From assembly GCA_033763455.1 (NCBI GenBank), contig JANRKO010000016.1:54772-118771 (forward strand): DNA of 64,000 nt, in the 5' to 3' direction. Position numbers and translations under genes: made by a program. Below, in pieces: positions 40,208 through 49,771 of the stretch. How positions within the stretch are numbered: position 1 is the stretch's first letter; the number at the start of each line of letters is the position of its first letter. The notes under the pieces are model-generated. The model was not told where the DNA came from. It made no database searches and saw only the letters and a program-made list of their open reading frames with translations. This DNA is from Polyangiaceae bacterium (GTDB lineage: Bacteria; Myxococcota_A; Polyangia; Polyangiales; Polyangiaceae).

Positions 40208-41356
40208 CTAGCGCATGGGCTCGGGTGGCGCCGCTCTACGCGCACCCAAAAGCACCACCGTAAGCCCCAGGGCTCCGCATAAAAGCGAGAATTCTAGCCC
40301 CGTTAGGCCGCGCTTTCCTTCGTTGGCCAAAGCGGCCTCGATGGCTTCTTCGTAGGCCTCGGCTGAGGCTACCCCTTTGGTGTGCCGCGCCCCAATGTAG
40401 GTATTCGGTAAACCCCGGAGACCTATCTTATCGAAGAGCGCACGGGCAGCTTCGAGCTTCCTTGTGGTGGCCGCACTCGAAACGCAGGCATTGAACTCTC
40501 CTAGATTAACACCCAAGTTAACGACGAATGCGCGAATCCGAGCTTCGGATAGATCTTCGGTGGTAAACAAGAAATTGACGAGCTTTTCTTCGTTAGGGCC
40601 GGCTTCGGCGCACAGTGCTGCGCGAGCCGCAAATGCCGCGTGCGGGTGCTGCGCGAGCGGGATATAGCGGCGCACCATCACCACTTTTCCCTCGAACTCC
40701 TGCAGCAACGGCTGAAGTATTTGGTGGAGGCGCCTGCAATGAGGGCACTCAAAGTCCACAAATTCCACGATCGTAGCTTTACCCGGGACATACAACGAGG
40801 CGATGGCCGGAGGTACGGGCGGCGAAAGACGCACGCTCGGCCAAGCCAGCGGGGCTCCAACTAGGAGCGCAAAAACGGCAACCCAACCTCCAGTGTTTAA
40901 TCGATAACCTGCTAGCGTAGGTTCGAGCTGGACCTCAGCTTGCGTACGAAAGAGAAGGATGGCGAGCCCCAGAATAGCGAGTGCGCTGCCATCTGCCACC
41001 ACGCACCAGACACAGAAGCGCCCAATCACAAGAGCCTGCACGAACACCAGAGCCGCCGCGCTGGCACCACCAAAAGCCGCCAAAAGCAGCACCCATAGAG
41101 CCCTTTTCTTCCCCTCCCTAACGAGGGTTGCCGCGAACAAAGCCGTGAAACCAAAAAGCCCCAGCACCGGCACCGGCAGCCGCAACGCCCCGAGCGTTAG
41201 GAATCCAAAGCCGCTTTCCCGAACCGCCGCGCAGCCGGACTCAACCCCGCAAAACGAGGCCACTTCGCCCACGTAGTCCACCGTGAGAGCCGCACTTGCG
41301 AACAGCGCTAACAGCGTCAGTATGCGAACCCAAATCCAACCGAAGCGTGCCACCAC
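40208..41356 (-). CDS. VKOR-DsbA/thioredoxin fusion
   Basis: CGVESGC loop pair, TM CVWC, soluble DFECPHC. Confidence 0.88.
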   Translation of the reverse strand: MVARFGWIWVRILTLLALFASAALTVDYVGEVASFCGVESGCAAVRESGFGFLTLGALRLPVPVLGLFGFTALFAATLVREGKKRALWVLLLAAFGGASAAALVFVQALVIGRFCVWCVVADGSALAILGLAILLFRTQAEVQLEPTLAGYRLNTGGWVAVFALLVGAPLAWPSVRLSPPVPPAIASLYVPGKATIVEFVDFECPHCRRLHQILQPLLQEFEGKVVMVRRYIPLAQHPHAAFAARAALCAEAGPNEEKLVNFLFTTEDLSEARIRAFVVNLGVNLGEFNACVSSAATTRKLEAARALFDKIGLRGLPNTYIGARHTKGVASAEAYEEAIEAALANEGKRGLTGLEFSLLCGALGLTVVLLGARRAAPPEPMR

Positions 41357-41431
41357 CCTGCGGTCGGTAGCAGATTTTCGCCCTTCGGCTGCCTCGTTTT
41401 TCAGGTTGCTACGGCAAAGCGCAGCCTACGG

Positions 41432-43933
41432 GTGGCTTTGCTGAGCCATACGCGCTACATACTGCGGCACTTGAAGAAGAATTTTCGTGAGGGCAAAAAG
41501 ACGGCACGGTTCCCAGCCAACGTCGTCGGAGCCCAGCAATCCCGTTCCCGTAACCTTCCACCCACTCCGAGTCCCTTTCAAAGGTCTAGGTCGGAGCCCC
41601 AAGCCAGCCGAGTGCCGTCGGAGCCCACGCGTTGGCAAGGCCGTTTGGCCATGAATCCGCGTGGTTTTGGCTTCGTCACCTGCGGTGACCAAGAGGATCT
41701 TTTCATCTCACCCGCCGAGATCGGCGCGGCTCTGCACGGGGATATTGTCGAGGTAGAGCTCGTTGGGCGTTCCAGCCGCGGCCTCGACGGGCGCATTGTG
41801 GATATCGTGCAGCGCCGGCGCCCAGAGGTAGCAGGCACCTTACGGCGGCGCGGCAAGAGCGCGTGGTTGGAGCCTGACGACGGGCGCATTCGCGGCCCCA
41901 TTGTGCTTTGGTCTAAAGGGTTAACCGGTAAAGACGGCGATGCAGCCGTGGCTCGCATCGAAAGCTTTCCCAAATACGCTGACGAGAATCCGGAAGGAAC
42001 GTTGGTGGCGGTACTCGGAGAGCCCGGAGATCCGAAGGCCGAAGTGGCCAAGATCTTGGTGCGCGAGCAGGTAGAGGAAGAACACACCCGCCAAGCCCAC
42101 GAAGAGGCTGCGCGCCTCGTAGAGGAGCTCGCCCAACAATCACACCTAAATCGCACAGATTTGCGGCAAATTCCCCTCCCTACTATCGACCCCAAAGACG
42201 CCCGCGATCACGACGACGCGCTCTGGGCCGAGCCTCAGCAAAGCGGCTATCGAGTCTGGATCGCTATCGCGGACGTGAGCGAATACGTGCGGGAAGGGTC
42301 GGTGCTCGACGCTGAGGCCTCGCTTCGCGGTTGCACCATTTACCTGCCGGACCGCGCCATTCCGATGTTGCCGCGCGAACTCGCCGGAGATGCCTGCTCG
42401 CTCTTGCCCAAGGTGGACCGTCTTTGTCTGGCCGTTGTGGCCGATCTGGATCGGCAGGGAAAAGTAACAAGCTTTGAGGTGGTGGAGGCTCGAATGCGCT
42501 CCGCTGCCAAGTTAACCTATGATGGCGTGGCGCGCACGCTCGGCTTGACCCAGCACGGCCCCATCGATAGCGCCGCCGAGGCACTCAAGCCCGGGCTAGA
42601 ATGCCTGTATGAGCTCTCACAAAAGCTGCGGAAAAAGCGCTTCGAACGTGGAGCTTTAGGCTTAGATTTGCCCGAAGCTCAGGTGGTTCTCGACGAAACA
42701 TCCAAGGTGCCCCTGGATGTGGTCCGGCGCGCCCAGGATCCCGGCGTAAAGATTGCCTACACCATTGTCGAGGAATTCATGCTGCTCGCTAATGAGCTGG
42801 TGGCGCGCTTTCTCGGTGAACGCAACTGCCCCGCGATCTACCGCGTCCACGCGAAGCCCGACGAAGAGAAGCTGGAGCGGCTTGGCTTGATCGCTGAGGT
42901 GCTCGGGGTGAAATTTGACGCTGAAGCGATGCGCACTCCCTTCGGAGTGAGCCAGTGGCTGCTTCAGATCCAAACCCACGAGCGGCGCACGGTGCTAGAG
43001 ATGGCGCTCCTTCGGAGCCTCAAGCAAGCGGCTTACGACACGGTAAATATCGGCCACTTTGGTCTAGCTTCTGACAGCTACTTGCACTTTACCTCACCCA
43101 TTCGGCGTTATCCGGATCTGCTCGTACATCGCACGGTGAAGCGTCTTTTGCGTGGGAAGCCAGCGAGCACGTCCGCCGAAGCGGTAGCCGCGCTGAAGCT
43201 CTCTGCGGCCCTTTCAAGCGCTCGGGAGCGCTCCGCCATGGAGATTGAGCGCGAGGTGGTGGATCTATATCGAGCGCTCTTTATGCGCGATAAGGTAGGC
43301 GAGCTGTTTGAGGGAACGGTGAGCGCGGTGGTCGGAAGCGGCGTCTTCGTCACTCTTGAAAGTGTGTTTGTAGACGTGCTGGTGCGCTATGAATCCATGG
43401 GTCCGGATCGCTACGAGCTTGACGAACACGAACTTTCCGTTGTCGGCTCTCGCTCCGGCGATCGAATTGCCCTGGGCGATAAGATCCTGGTGGTCATCGA
43501 AGATGTAGCGCTCATGCGCCGAGCAGTGTTTGCACGGCGCATCCCGCCCGAGGCGTTGGTGGCCAAGATGGCTCTCGATTTCCCTGAGGGAGCGCCACCT
43601 AGCGGAGCCCCGAGGGGCGCGAGGGGCGCTCACCGGCGAGGGGCACCCGATGGCTCCCCACGGCGGGGCGAAAAGCCGAGCCGAAGCAGGCCGGAGCGGG
43701 GCCGCGCGGCCACCGAGAGCATTCCTCCCAAGGCCCGAGATGGCCGTGCGCGAGGGTCAGCACCCGGCCGTCGGACTGCAAGCGGCAAGACCCCATCGGT
43801 GCTCTCCCGCACGGATGCCACCACCAGAGGGCCAAAGTTGAAGGGTCGCGCGGAGCGGAAGCCAATAGGGCTCGGTGTCAGCAGCCCGCCAGAGCGCCCA
43901 GGCAAACGATCAAAAAAGTCGAAACGCAGGTAG
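41432..43933 (+). CDS. rnr: Ribonuclease R (RNB family)
   Basis: RGFGFV cold-shock domain, TIDPKDARDHDDA, VEEFMLLAN, HFTSPIRRYPDL, S1 domain, basic tail; start uncertain (41432, 41471 or 41651). Confidence 0.95.
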   Translation: MALLSHTRYILRHLKKNFREGKKTARFPANVVGAQQSRSRNLPPTPSPFQRSRSEPQASRVPSEPTRWQGRLAMNPRGFGFVTCGDQEDLFISPAEIGAALHGDIVEVELVGRSSRGLDGRIVDIVQRRRPEVAGTLRRRGKSAWLEPDDGRIRGPIVLWSKGLTGKDGDAAVARIESFPKYADENPEGTLVAVLGEPGDPKAEVAKILVREQVEEEHTRQAHEEAARLVEELAQQSHLNRTDLRQIPLPTIDPKDARDHDDALWAEPQQSGYRVWIAIADVSEYVREGSVLDAEASLRGCTIYLPDRAIPMLPRELAGDACSLLPKVDRLCLAVVADLDRQGKVTSFEVVEARMRSAAKLTYDGVARTLGLTQHGPIDSAAEALKPGLECLYELSQKLRKKRFERGALGLDLPEAQVVLDETSKVPLDVVRRAQDPGVKIAYTIVEEFMLLANELVARFLGERNCPAIYRVHAKPDEEKLERLGLIAEVLGVKFDAEAMRTPFGVSQWLLQIQTHERRTVLEMALLRSLKQAAYDTVNIGHFGLASDSYLHFTSPIRRYPDLLVHRTVKRLLRGKPASTSAEAVAALKLSAALSSARERSAMEIEREVVDLYRALFMRDKVGELFEGTVSAVVGSGVFVTLESVFVDVLVRYESMGPDRYELDEHELSVVGSRSGDRIALGDKILVVIEDVALMRRAVFARRIPPEALVAKMALDFPEGAPPSGAPRGARGAHRRGAPDGSPRRGEKPSRSRPERGRAATESIPPKARDGRARGSAPGRRTASGKTPSVLSRTDATTRGPKLKGRAERKPIGLGVSSPPERPGKRSKKSKRR

Positions 43934-44097
43934 GGCTCAGCCAAAGCAAAGGCCTTCCAACGCACCCTGGGGATCGGGCGCCACTCGGCGAGGGTTGTCC
44001 CGAGTTGTCTCGGATCCGTAATCCGCGGAGGTCTCAGCTCCTTTTCCAAGCTGTTGTCCGCTTGACGACGCACTCACCAGCGTGCGACTCATGACCC

Positions 44098-44847
44098 ATG
44101 AATAGGCGGTCGATTGTCGCGGCGTTAGTCGTTGGGGCCTTCATGGGTTGCTCGGAGCGTCCGAACGATCCCAACGCACCTGCTGCCTGCGAGCGCCTGA
44201 TTCAGAAGAAGTGCGAACGCACGGTCGCTTGTTTTCATGAGCAAGCGGCGAAAAAGCCGAACGCCATCCTCAAGCCCGGCTTCGACCTTGCGCCGTTCGA
44301 TACAGTGGAGGGATGTTTGGCCGTCGCACGTCAAAGCACCCAGTGCGCGAAAGCGATCGTGCTCGCTCCGCCTTATTATGACGAATGCCTCCTTCGGCTC
44401 ACGGAGGACTCATGCGAGAAGCTCGCGCCCCTTCTAGTCGTTCCCGATCCGTACAGGCCGGAAGTTCCGTTGTCCTGCATGATGCCTGCGGCTGGCGCCG
44501 CCGGGATGTCGGGCGCGGCTGGCGCTGCCGGCGCTGCCGGCGCTGCCGGCGCTGGGGGCTCGAACTCCGCAGGAGCAGGGGGCACGCTTCCCGCAGCCGC
44601 CCAACAGGTCACGCTTGCTGGAGCCGCTGGAATGTCCGGCGCGGCGGGCGCGGCGGGCGCGGCGGGGGCGGCCGGAATGTCCGGCGCGATGGCGGCCTCC
44701 GGCGGCGCGCCTGCGGTGCCTATGTGCCCCGCGGGCTGGATCACCGTCCAAGCGTTCGTCCCAGAGGTCCCCCACAAGCCCGAGGAATACGCGCCCTCTT
44801 TTGTTCCTCCTACCTCATGCATGCCGGCAGTTGGGTTTGAGCGGTAA
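44098..44847 (+). CDS. Cys-rich lipoprotein with (GAA)n peptide repeats
   Basis: FMGC lipobox, multiple Cys, two GAAGMSGAAGAAGAAGAAG blocks. Confidence 0.7.
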   Translation: MNRRSIVAALVVGAFMGCSERPNDPNAPAACERLIQKKCERTVACFHEQAAKKPNAILKPGFDLAPFDTVEGCLAVARQSTQCAKAIVLAPPYYDECLLRLTEDSCEKLAPLLVVPDPYRPEVPLSCMMPAAGAAGMSGAAGAAGAAGAAGAGGSNSAGAGGTLPAAAQQVTLAGAAGMSGAAGAAGAAGAAGMSGAMAASGGAPAVPMCPAGWITVQAFVPEVPHKPEEYAPSFVPPTSCMPAVGFER

Positions 44848-44884
44848 ACGGTAGGCAACAGCGCCGCAACACACCAGTCGAAAC

Positions 44885-44972
44885 CTAACCAAGCCTCAGG
44901 ACCTCGGCCGAAACCTAGCCGAGCCTTACTGCCAGCCGAAATCTAGGCGAGCCTTAGCACCTCGGCCGAAAT
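44885..44972 (-). repeat. Three degenerate tandem copies (28-30 bp) of the methyltransferase 3' end including the stop codon
   Basis: 44943-44972 ISAEVLRLA*, 44915-44942 degenerate, 44885-44914 VSAEVLRLG*. Confidence 0.8.
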
Positions 44973-46097
44973 GCCCCCCACCTTGGTGCGAAGCTCCGCG
45001 CGCCACGGAAGCCGCGAATGTGTTCGGTAGGGGAGATAACCTGTAATTATAACAGCTGGGCGCAGATCCACTCGGCGTAGCAGCAGGCGATCGAATCTCT
45101 CGTACAGCTCAGGCACGCGAGCCGATTCTAGGCGTGCCCCATACGGTGGATTGCTAATAATGGCTGTCCTTGGCGGCACTTTCTCCGCCATCTTTTCGAA
45201 GTCGAGCTGAGCGAGTTTTACGGCTGAGGAAAGGCCCGCTTGCCCTAGATTTTCGCGGGCCGCTGCAAGATCGTGCGCGTCGGTGTCATCGCCCCAGGCG
45301 ATAACTTCTGAAGGTACATCCGCGGACCTTTGGCTGGCTTGGGCTTTCCTCACTTGCCACTGCTCTTGGCGGCTCCGGAATGCAGGCCATTGTTCGAACG
45401 CAAACGTGCGCCTGGCTCCTGGGGCTCTTCGTTGTCGGGCTAACAGCCATTCGAGCAAAAGCGTGCCGCTGCCGCAGAACGGATCCCAGATCCGCTCCGC
45501 CTCACCCAGCGTTCGCACCAAGCCGGCACCCAACGTCTCGCGCAACGGAGCTCGCCCCACCTGTTGCTTATCGCCACGCCGAAACAAGAGCGCGCCCGAA
45601 GCGTCCACACTCACCTGCACGCGATCGTCCAAAATCCTAACAAATACCGACTGTTCGGCGTCTTTTCGGGCAACATTTACCAGCGGTCGATTTAGGCCCC
45701 CGGCCGCCACGGCAAACACGCGTTCGGCGACTGCATCGGAGTGGTACAGCCGCGACTGATGGCACGTCACGCTCACATGCACGTTCTTGGCTTGACCCAG
45801 GTAAGCCTGCCAAGGCAGGCGCTCAAGGCCCCTCACCAACGCCGGAAAATCGCGCGCGACGAATGGCCTCAGCCTCACGCGTAGGGATTCAGCAATTCGC
45901 GAATCCAAGTGCACCCGCTCGATCACGTCGAAGCCCCCCACGAGCTCCACACCACCGAGCACAGGTACCGACTGAATGCCTAGCTCGGCAAGCTCCGCCG
46001 CTAAGAGCGCCTCAAACCCGAGCGCGGTCGCACAAAACAGCTGAAATCTACTGGGATCGGTAGCGTTCGGCGAGCCCTGGGATAACGGTTGAGTCAG
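44943..46097 (-). CDS. THUMP-domain RNA methyltransferase (RlmL-like), probable CTG start
   Basis: FCATALGFE N-terminal motif, SVDASGALLFRRG, APLRETL, DPFCGSGT, NPPYG.R. The first standard start (GTG 45962) lies downstream of the conserved N-terminal motif. Confidence 0.88.
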   Translation of the reverse strand: MTQPLSQGSPNATDPSRFQLFCATALGFEALLAAELAELGIQSVPVLGGVELVGGFDVIERVHLDSRIAESLRVRLRPFVARDFPALVRGLERLPWQAYLGQAKNVHVSVTCHQSRLYHSDAVAERVFAVAAGGLNRPLVNVARKDAEQSVFVRILDDRVQVSVDASGALLFRRGDKQQVGRAPLRETLGAGLVRTLGEAERIWDPFCGSGTLLLEWLLARQRRAPGARRTFAFEQWPAFRSRQEQWQVRKAQASQRSADVPSEVIAWGDDTDAHDLAAARENLGQAGLSSAVKLAQLDFEKMAEKVPPRTAIISNPPYGARLESARVPELYERFDRLLLRRVDLRPAVIITGYLPYRTHSRLPWRAELRTKVGGISAEVLRLA

Positions 46098-46100
46098 GAG

Positions 46101-47402
46101 TTACTCCGGGCTCAGGCGGTCGGTACCCATGAATGGACGCAGCACTTCGGGCACCAGCACCGAGCCATCCGGCTGTTGATACTGCTCCATGATCGCTACC
46201 CACGTGCGCCCCACTGCCAAACCCGAACCATTCAAAGTGTGCGCAAATTGCGGCTTGGCTTTCGGTGCACTCCGGTAGCGGATCTTGGCGCGCCGCGCCT
46301 GAAAATCCCCACACCACGAGCAGCTCGAAATTTCACGGAAGCAATTCTGAGAAGGAAGCCACACTTCCAGATCGTAGGTCTTCGCAGACTGAAACCCTAA
46401 GTCACCCGAACACAACTCGACCACACGGTAGTGCAGCCCGAGGCGCTTCAGCACTTCTTCGGCGTGGCCCGTGAGCAACTCCAGCTGCGCGAGCCCTTGC
46501 TCAGCGTCGCAAAAACGCACGAGCTCCACTTTGTCGAACTGGTGCTGGCGGATGAGGCCACGCACATCCCGACCGTAGGAGCCCGCTTCGCTGCGAAAGC
46601 AGGGCGTAAAGGCGGTGTACGCAATCGGCAGCTGTGCCGCTTCTAGGATTTCTTCGCCATGCAAATTGGTGAGCGGAACCTCAGCGGTAGGGATGAGGTA
46701 AAGTGCCGATTGATCCTCAGGATCCGCGCGAAATGTCTTGAAAAGGTCCTGTTCGAACTTCGGGAGCAGGCCGGTGCCGCGCAACGCTTCGGCGCGTACC
46801 AGAAGCGGCGGGCAAACCTCGCGATAGCCGTGCTCTCGGGTATGAAGCTCCAGCATGAAGTGAATGAGTGCGCGTTCGAGGCGAGCACCATTGCCGGTAA
46901 GCACCGAAAAACGGGCTCCGGAAAGCCGCGAGGCTCGTTCAAAATCAAGCACTCCGAGGCCCGCTCCGACATCCCAATGCGGCTTTGGTTCGAAGCCAAA
47001 TTCAGGCTTTTCACCCCACACCCTAAGCACCCGGTTATCGGCTTCCGAATGGCCCACAGGCACTGAGTCATGCGGCAGATTGGGGATCACAGCGAGGCTT
47101 TCTTCCATCCGTGCCTCGATGTTCGTCACCTCCTCTTCGAGGCGTTTGACCTCGTCGGAGAGCTTCTTCAAATCCTCGCGACGGGCTTGAAAGAGCGCTT
47201 TATCCGGCCCCTTGGCGAGCTCAGCCATCTCGGCGCTTGCCGCATTGCGGCGCGCCTGCTCGGCTTCCGTTTTGACGATGAGGGCCCTGCGCTCCCCACT
47301 CAGGGCTACCAAAGGAGCCAGCGTGGAAACATCAAAGGAACGAGTGGCGAGGCGTTCCCGCACCTTCTCCAGGTTGTCGGCTACGTAACGAGCATCAAGC
47401 AT
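46101..47402 (-). CDS. serS: Serine--tRNA ligase
   Basis: [49 protein letters not shown]. Confidence 0.98.
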   Translation of the reverse strand: MLDARYVADNLEKVRERLATRSFDVSTLAPLVALSGERRALIVKTEAEQARRNAASAEMAELAKGPDKALFQARREDLKKLSDEVKRLEEEVTNIEARMEESLAVIPNLPHDSVPVGHSEADNRVLRVWGEKPEFGFEPKPHWDVGAGLGVLDFERASRLSGARFSVLTGNGARLERALIHFMLELHTREHGYREVCPPLLVRAEALRGTGLLPKFEQDLFKTFRADPEDQSALYLIPTAEVPLTNLHGEEILEAAQLPIAYTAFTPCFRSEAGSYGRDVRGLIRQHQFDKVELVRFCDAEQGLAQLELLTGHAEEVLKRLGLHYRVVELCSGDLGFQSAKTYDLEVWLPSQNCFREISSCSWCGDFQARRAKIRYRSAPKAKPQFAHTLNGSGLAVGRTWVAIMEQYQQPDGSVLVPEVLRPFMGTDRLSPE

Positions 47403-47451
47403 GGCAGTTCTCCGGCAACGCTCTTAGCCAAACCTAAGCCAAAGGTCACGC

Positions 47452-47988
47452 TCAGTAGCCGACCCCGATACCCACCCCAACCCCGAGGCTGGGCTCAGGA
47501 TTGCGCCGATAGCGCTCCAACCCGACCATGTGAGTGACCAACGTGCACGCCCGTTTCGCCTGGCCTTGGCAGCCCCGCCAGGCGCCGTCGATTCGAGTGT
47601 CCCCATCGGAGCTGAACCAAACCACCACCCCATTGGGCGCAACGGTCACCCAGGCCGAAACCCGATCAGGTGGGGCCGCGCTGTTCATCCCCACGCGTCC
47701 AAGGGGCATATCATCCGAGCCGGCCACCTGCCCGTCTGCGAAAAACAGGGCCACTGGCTCCCCCTCGTCGTCCGTAACCCTGCCCGCTGGATCCAACCGC
47801 AGATAAACGGCGCCGGCTCGCAGAACAGTACCGTTTGGTAGGATCTCGATTCGCTCGTCGTCCCGCTGCCACACACTCGGCACCCAGCCCAGGCCGCCGC
47901 CACCTTCAGCCCAGCGGGGCGGGGGTGCGACCGAAGCACAGCCCGCACACAGGAACCAAGCGCTCATCACGAACAACCCTCGGAGCAT
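47452..47988 (-). CDS. Hypothetical lipoprotein
   Basis: CAGC lipobox; beta-hairpin repeats; C-terminal GVGVGIGVGY. Confidence 0.7.
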   Translation of the reverse strand: MLRGLFVMSAWFLCAGCASVAPPPRWAEGGGGLGWVPSVWQRDDERIEILPNGTVLRAGAVYLRLDPAGRVTDDEGEPVALFFADGQVAGSDDMPLGRVGMNSAAPPDRVSAWVTVAPNGVVVWFSSDGDTRIDGAWRGCQGQAKRACTLVTHMVGLERYRRNPEPSLGVGVGIGVGY

Positions 47989-48071
47989 GCGCGCAGCATA
48001 ACCCGTGAACGGACCCGCCGCCTTCCGCCCCCTTGCAAAACCGCAAGATTTGCCCGAGCCTTCGCCCCCCC

Positions 48072-48953
48072 ATGATTGTTGTGATGGAGCCAGAGGCGCC
48101 GCAAAGCAGCATTGAAAGTGTCATCCGTTACCTCGCTAGCGTCGGGCTTGCGGTCCAGAAGTCTACGGGCCAAGAGCGAAGCATTCTGGGTGTGGTGGGG
48201 GATGTCACCGCCGAGCACGCCGCGGTGGTGCGCGAGTTTCCGGATGTTGCCAAGGTGGTGCGTATCACGGAGCCGTACCGTTTGGCCTCCCGCCGCTTTC
48301 GACGTGAGCCTACGGTGGTGGAAGGCGCGTGGGGCATCATCGGCGGAGAACGCCCCTGGATTGCGATAGAGCCGGTGGGGCTGTCTTCACCGCGCACGCA
48401 GGGAGAAAACGGACCCGTTTCCACCGAGCTCCCCTACGAGGTTCTAGCCGGGCGCCCGTTTGATGCGGCCGTATTCCGGAGCCAAACCGTGCCCGACGAA
48501 GTGGGAGCCTTGGCGGCCCTTTCTCTGCACCCAAAGCCCAGCGGGCAGCGCTCGCCGGTGCGTTTTGTGGCGCGGGAGCCGAGCCGTGGCACCGATCACT
48601 GGATTTCTGCTGCCGAACGGGAGCTGGAGCGGCGCGAGGGGAGCGTGGTGCTGCTAGAAACGGGCGACGAATCGCCGAACGGCGTGCGAACGCTGGAAAT
48701 TGGCCTGATCGCACGGGCCAAGGTGCGAACCCACCTGCCAGTGGTGGTGGATGTGCCAAGCATCGCGCAAAAGGGTCGTTATTGCGCGTCCATTGCGGCG
48801 GCCGCCATCGCGGCAGGTGCGGACGGCGTTATCCTAAGAGTGTGGGTGGGGCGAGAATCCGAGCCACCTACGGTGCCTGCAACGCTCAAGTGGCAAGCCG
48901 CGATGCAGCTCGCCGAAAAGCTCCGAGCCGTTGGTGCCGCTGTACGGCAATGA
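48072..48953 (+). CDS. DAHP synthase type I-beta homolog lacking catalytic residues
   Basis: ACT/ferredoxin-like N-domain (MIVVM...GQERSILGVVGD), PYRLASR, THLPVVVD, AAIAAGADG; GPC, KPRT, IGARN and DPSH are absent. Confidence 0.8.
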   Translation: MIVVMEPEAPQSSIESVIRYLASVGLAVQKSTGQERSILGVVGDVTAEHAAVVREFPDVAKVVRITEPYRLASRRFRREPTVVEGAWGIIGGERPWIAIEPVGLSSPRTQGENGPVSTELPYEVLAGRPFDAAVFRSQTVPDEVGALAALSLHPKPSGQRSPVRFVAREPSRGTDHWISAAERELERREGSVVLLETGDESPNGVRTLEIGLIARAKVRTHLPVVVDVPSIAQKGRYCASIAAAAIAAGADGVILRVWVGRESEPPTVPATLKWQAAMQLAEKLRAVGAAVRQ

Positions 48954-49768
48954 AACACGTCGTAGTTATCGGTCTCGGCTTGATGGGTGCATCCCTAGGC
49001 CTGGGCCTGAGAAAGCTTGGAGTTCACGTCACCGGGCTCGATCTCCCAGAGGCACTCACGCTTGCGGCCCTGCAACCAGCCGCCGACACCCTTCTCTCCA
49101 TCCACGATCGCCCAGCAGCTGAAAGCGCCTTTTTGGCGGCAGATTTGACCGTCCTTGCCCCGCCAGTGAGCGCGATAATGGCACTTCTACCGTGGGTGCT
49201 TGATCACGCCCCCGTGGTGACGGACGCCGGCTCCACCAAGCGCTGGATCAGCGAATCGGTCTCCAAACACCCAAACCGCGCCCGTTTTGTACCTGGACAC
49301 CCCATGGCGGGCCTTCCCGGCGGCGGCGCTGCCAATGCGCGGGCGGACCTCTTCGTGGCCAGCAATTGGTTGCTGTGCCCCGAGCTTTCGAGCTCGGAAG
49401 CCCTTGGCACCACCCGCCAGTTAGTTTCGCAGCTCGGCGCCCATCCCGTCGAGATGAGCGCAGCGGAGCACGACGCGGCCGTAGCGCTCACCAGCCATTT
49501 GCCACAGCTTCTCGGCAGCTGCGTGAAAGTGCTCGCCCACCAAGGCTCAGTCTCCGCAGCAGCGGGGCCATCTTTTGAGCGCCTCACGCGCGCGGCCGGC
49601 GGCGCCGAGAACATCTGGAAGGATATTTTCGCGAGCAACGGGGACGAAGTGGCTCGGGTGCTTCGGCAATTGTGCGCTCGGCTCGAACCCCTGGCGGAGG
49701 AGTTGGAACGTGGGGGAGAGGCTCGGAAAGTCTTGGAGCTGCTTTCGGCGGCACGCGCGTTGGGGTAG
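48950..49768 (+). CDS. tyrA: Prephenate dehydrogenase
   Basis: VIGLGLMGAS, TDAGSTK, FVPGHPMAG, HDAAVALTSHLPQ, WKDIFASN; ATGA overlap with the upstream gene. Confidence 0.92.
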   Translation: MKHVVVIGLGLMGASLGLGLRKLGVHVTGLDLPEALTLAALQPAADTLLSIHDRPAAESAFLAADLTVLAPPVSAIMALLPWVLDHAPVVTDAGSTKRWISESVSKHPNRARFVPGHPMAGLPGGGAANARADLFVASNWLLCPELSSSEALGTTRQLVSQLGAHPVEMSAAEHDAAVALTSHLPQLLGSCVKVLAHQGSVSAAAGPSFERLTRAAGGAENIWKDIFASNGDEVARVLRQLCARLEPLAEELERGGEARKVLELLSAARALG

Positions 49769-49771
49769 CTC

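Noticed and set aside
44885..44972. Possible CRISPR-like repeats (also 18300-18380)
   Set aside because: Units are directly tandem with no spacers, and there are no cas genes.
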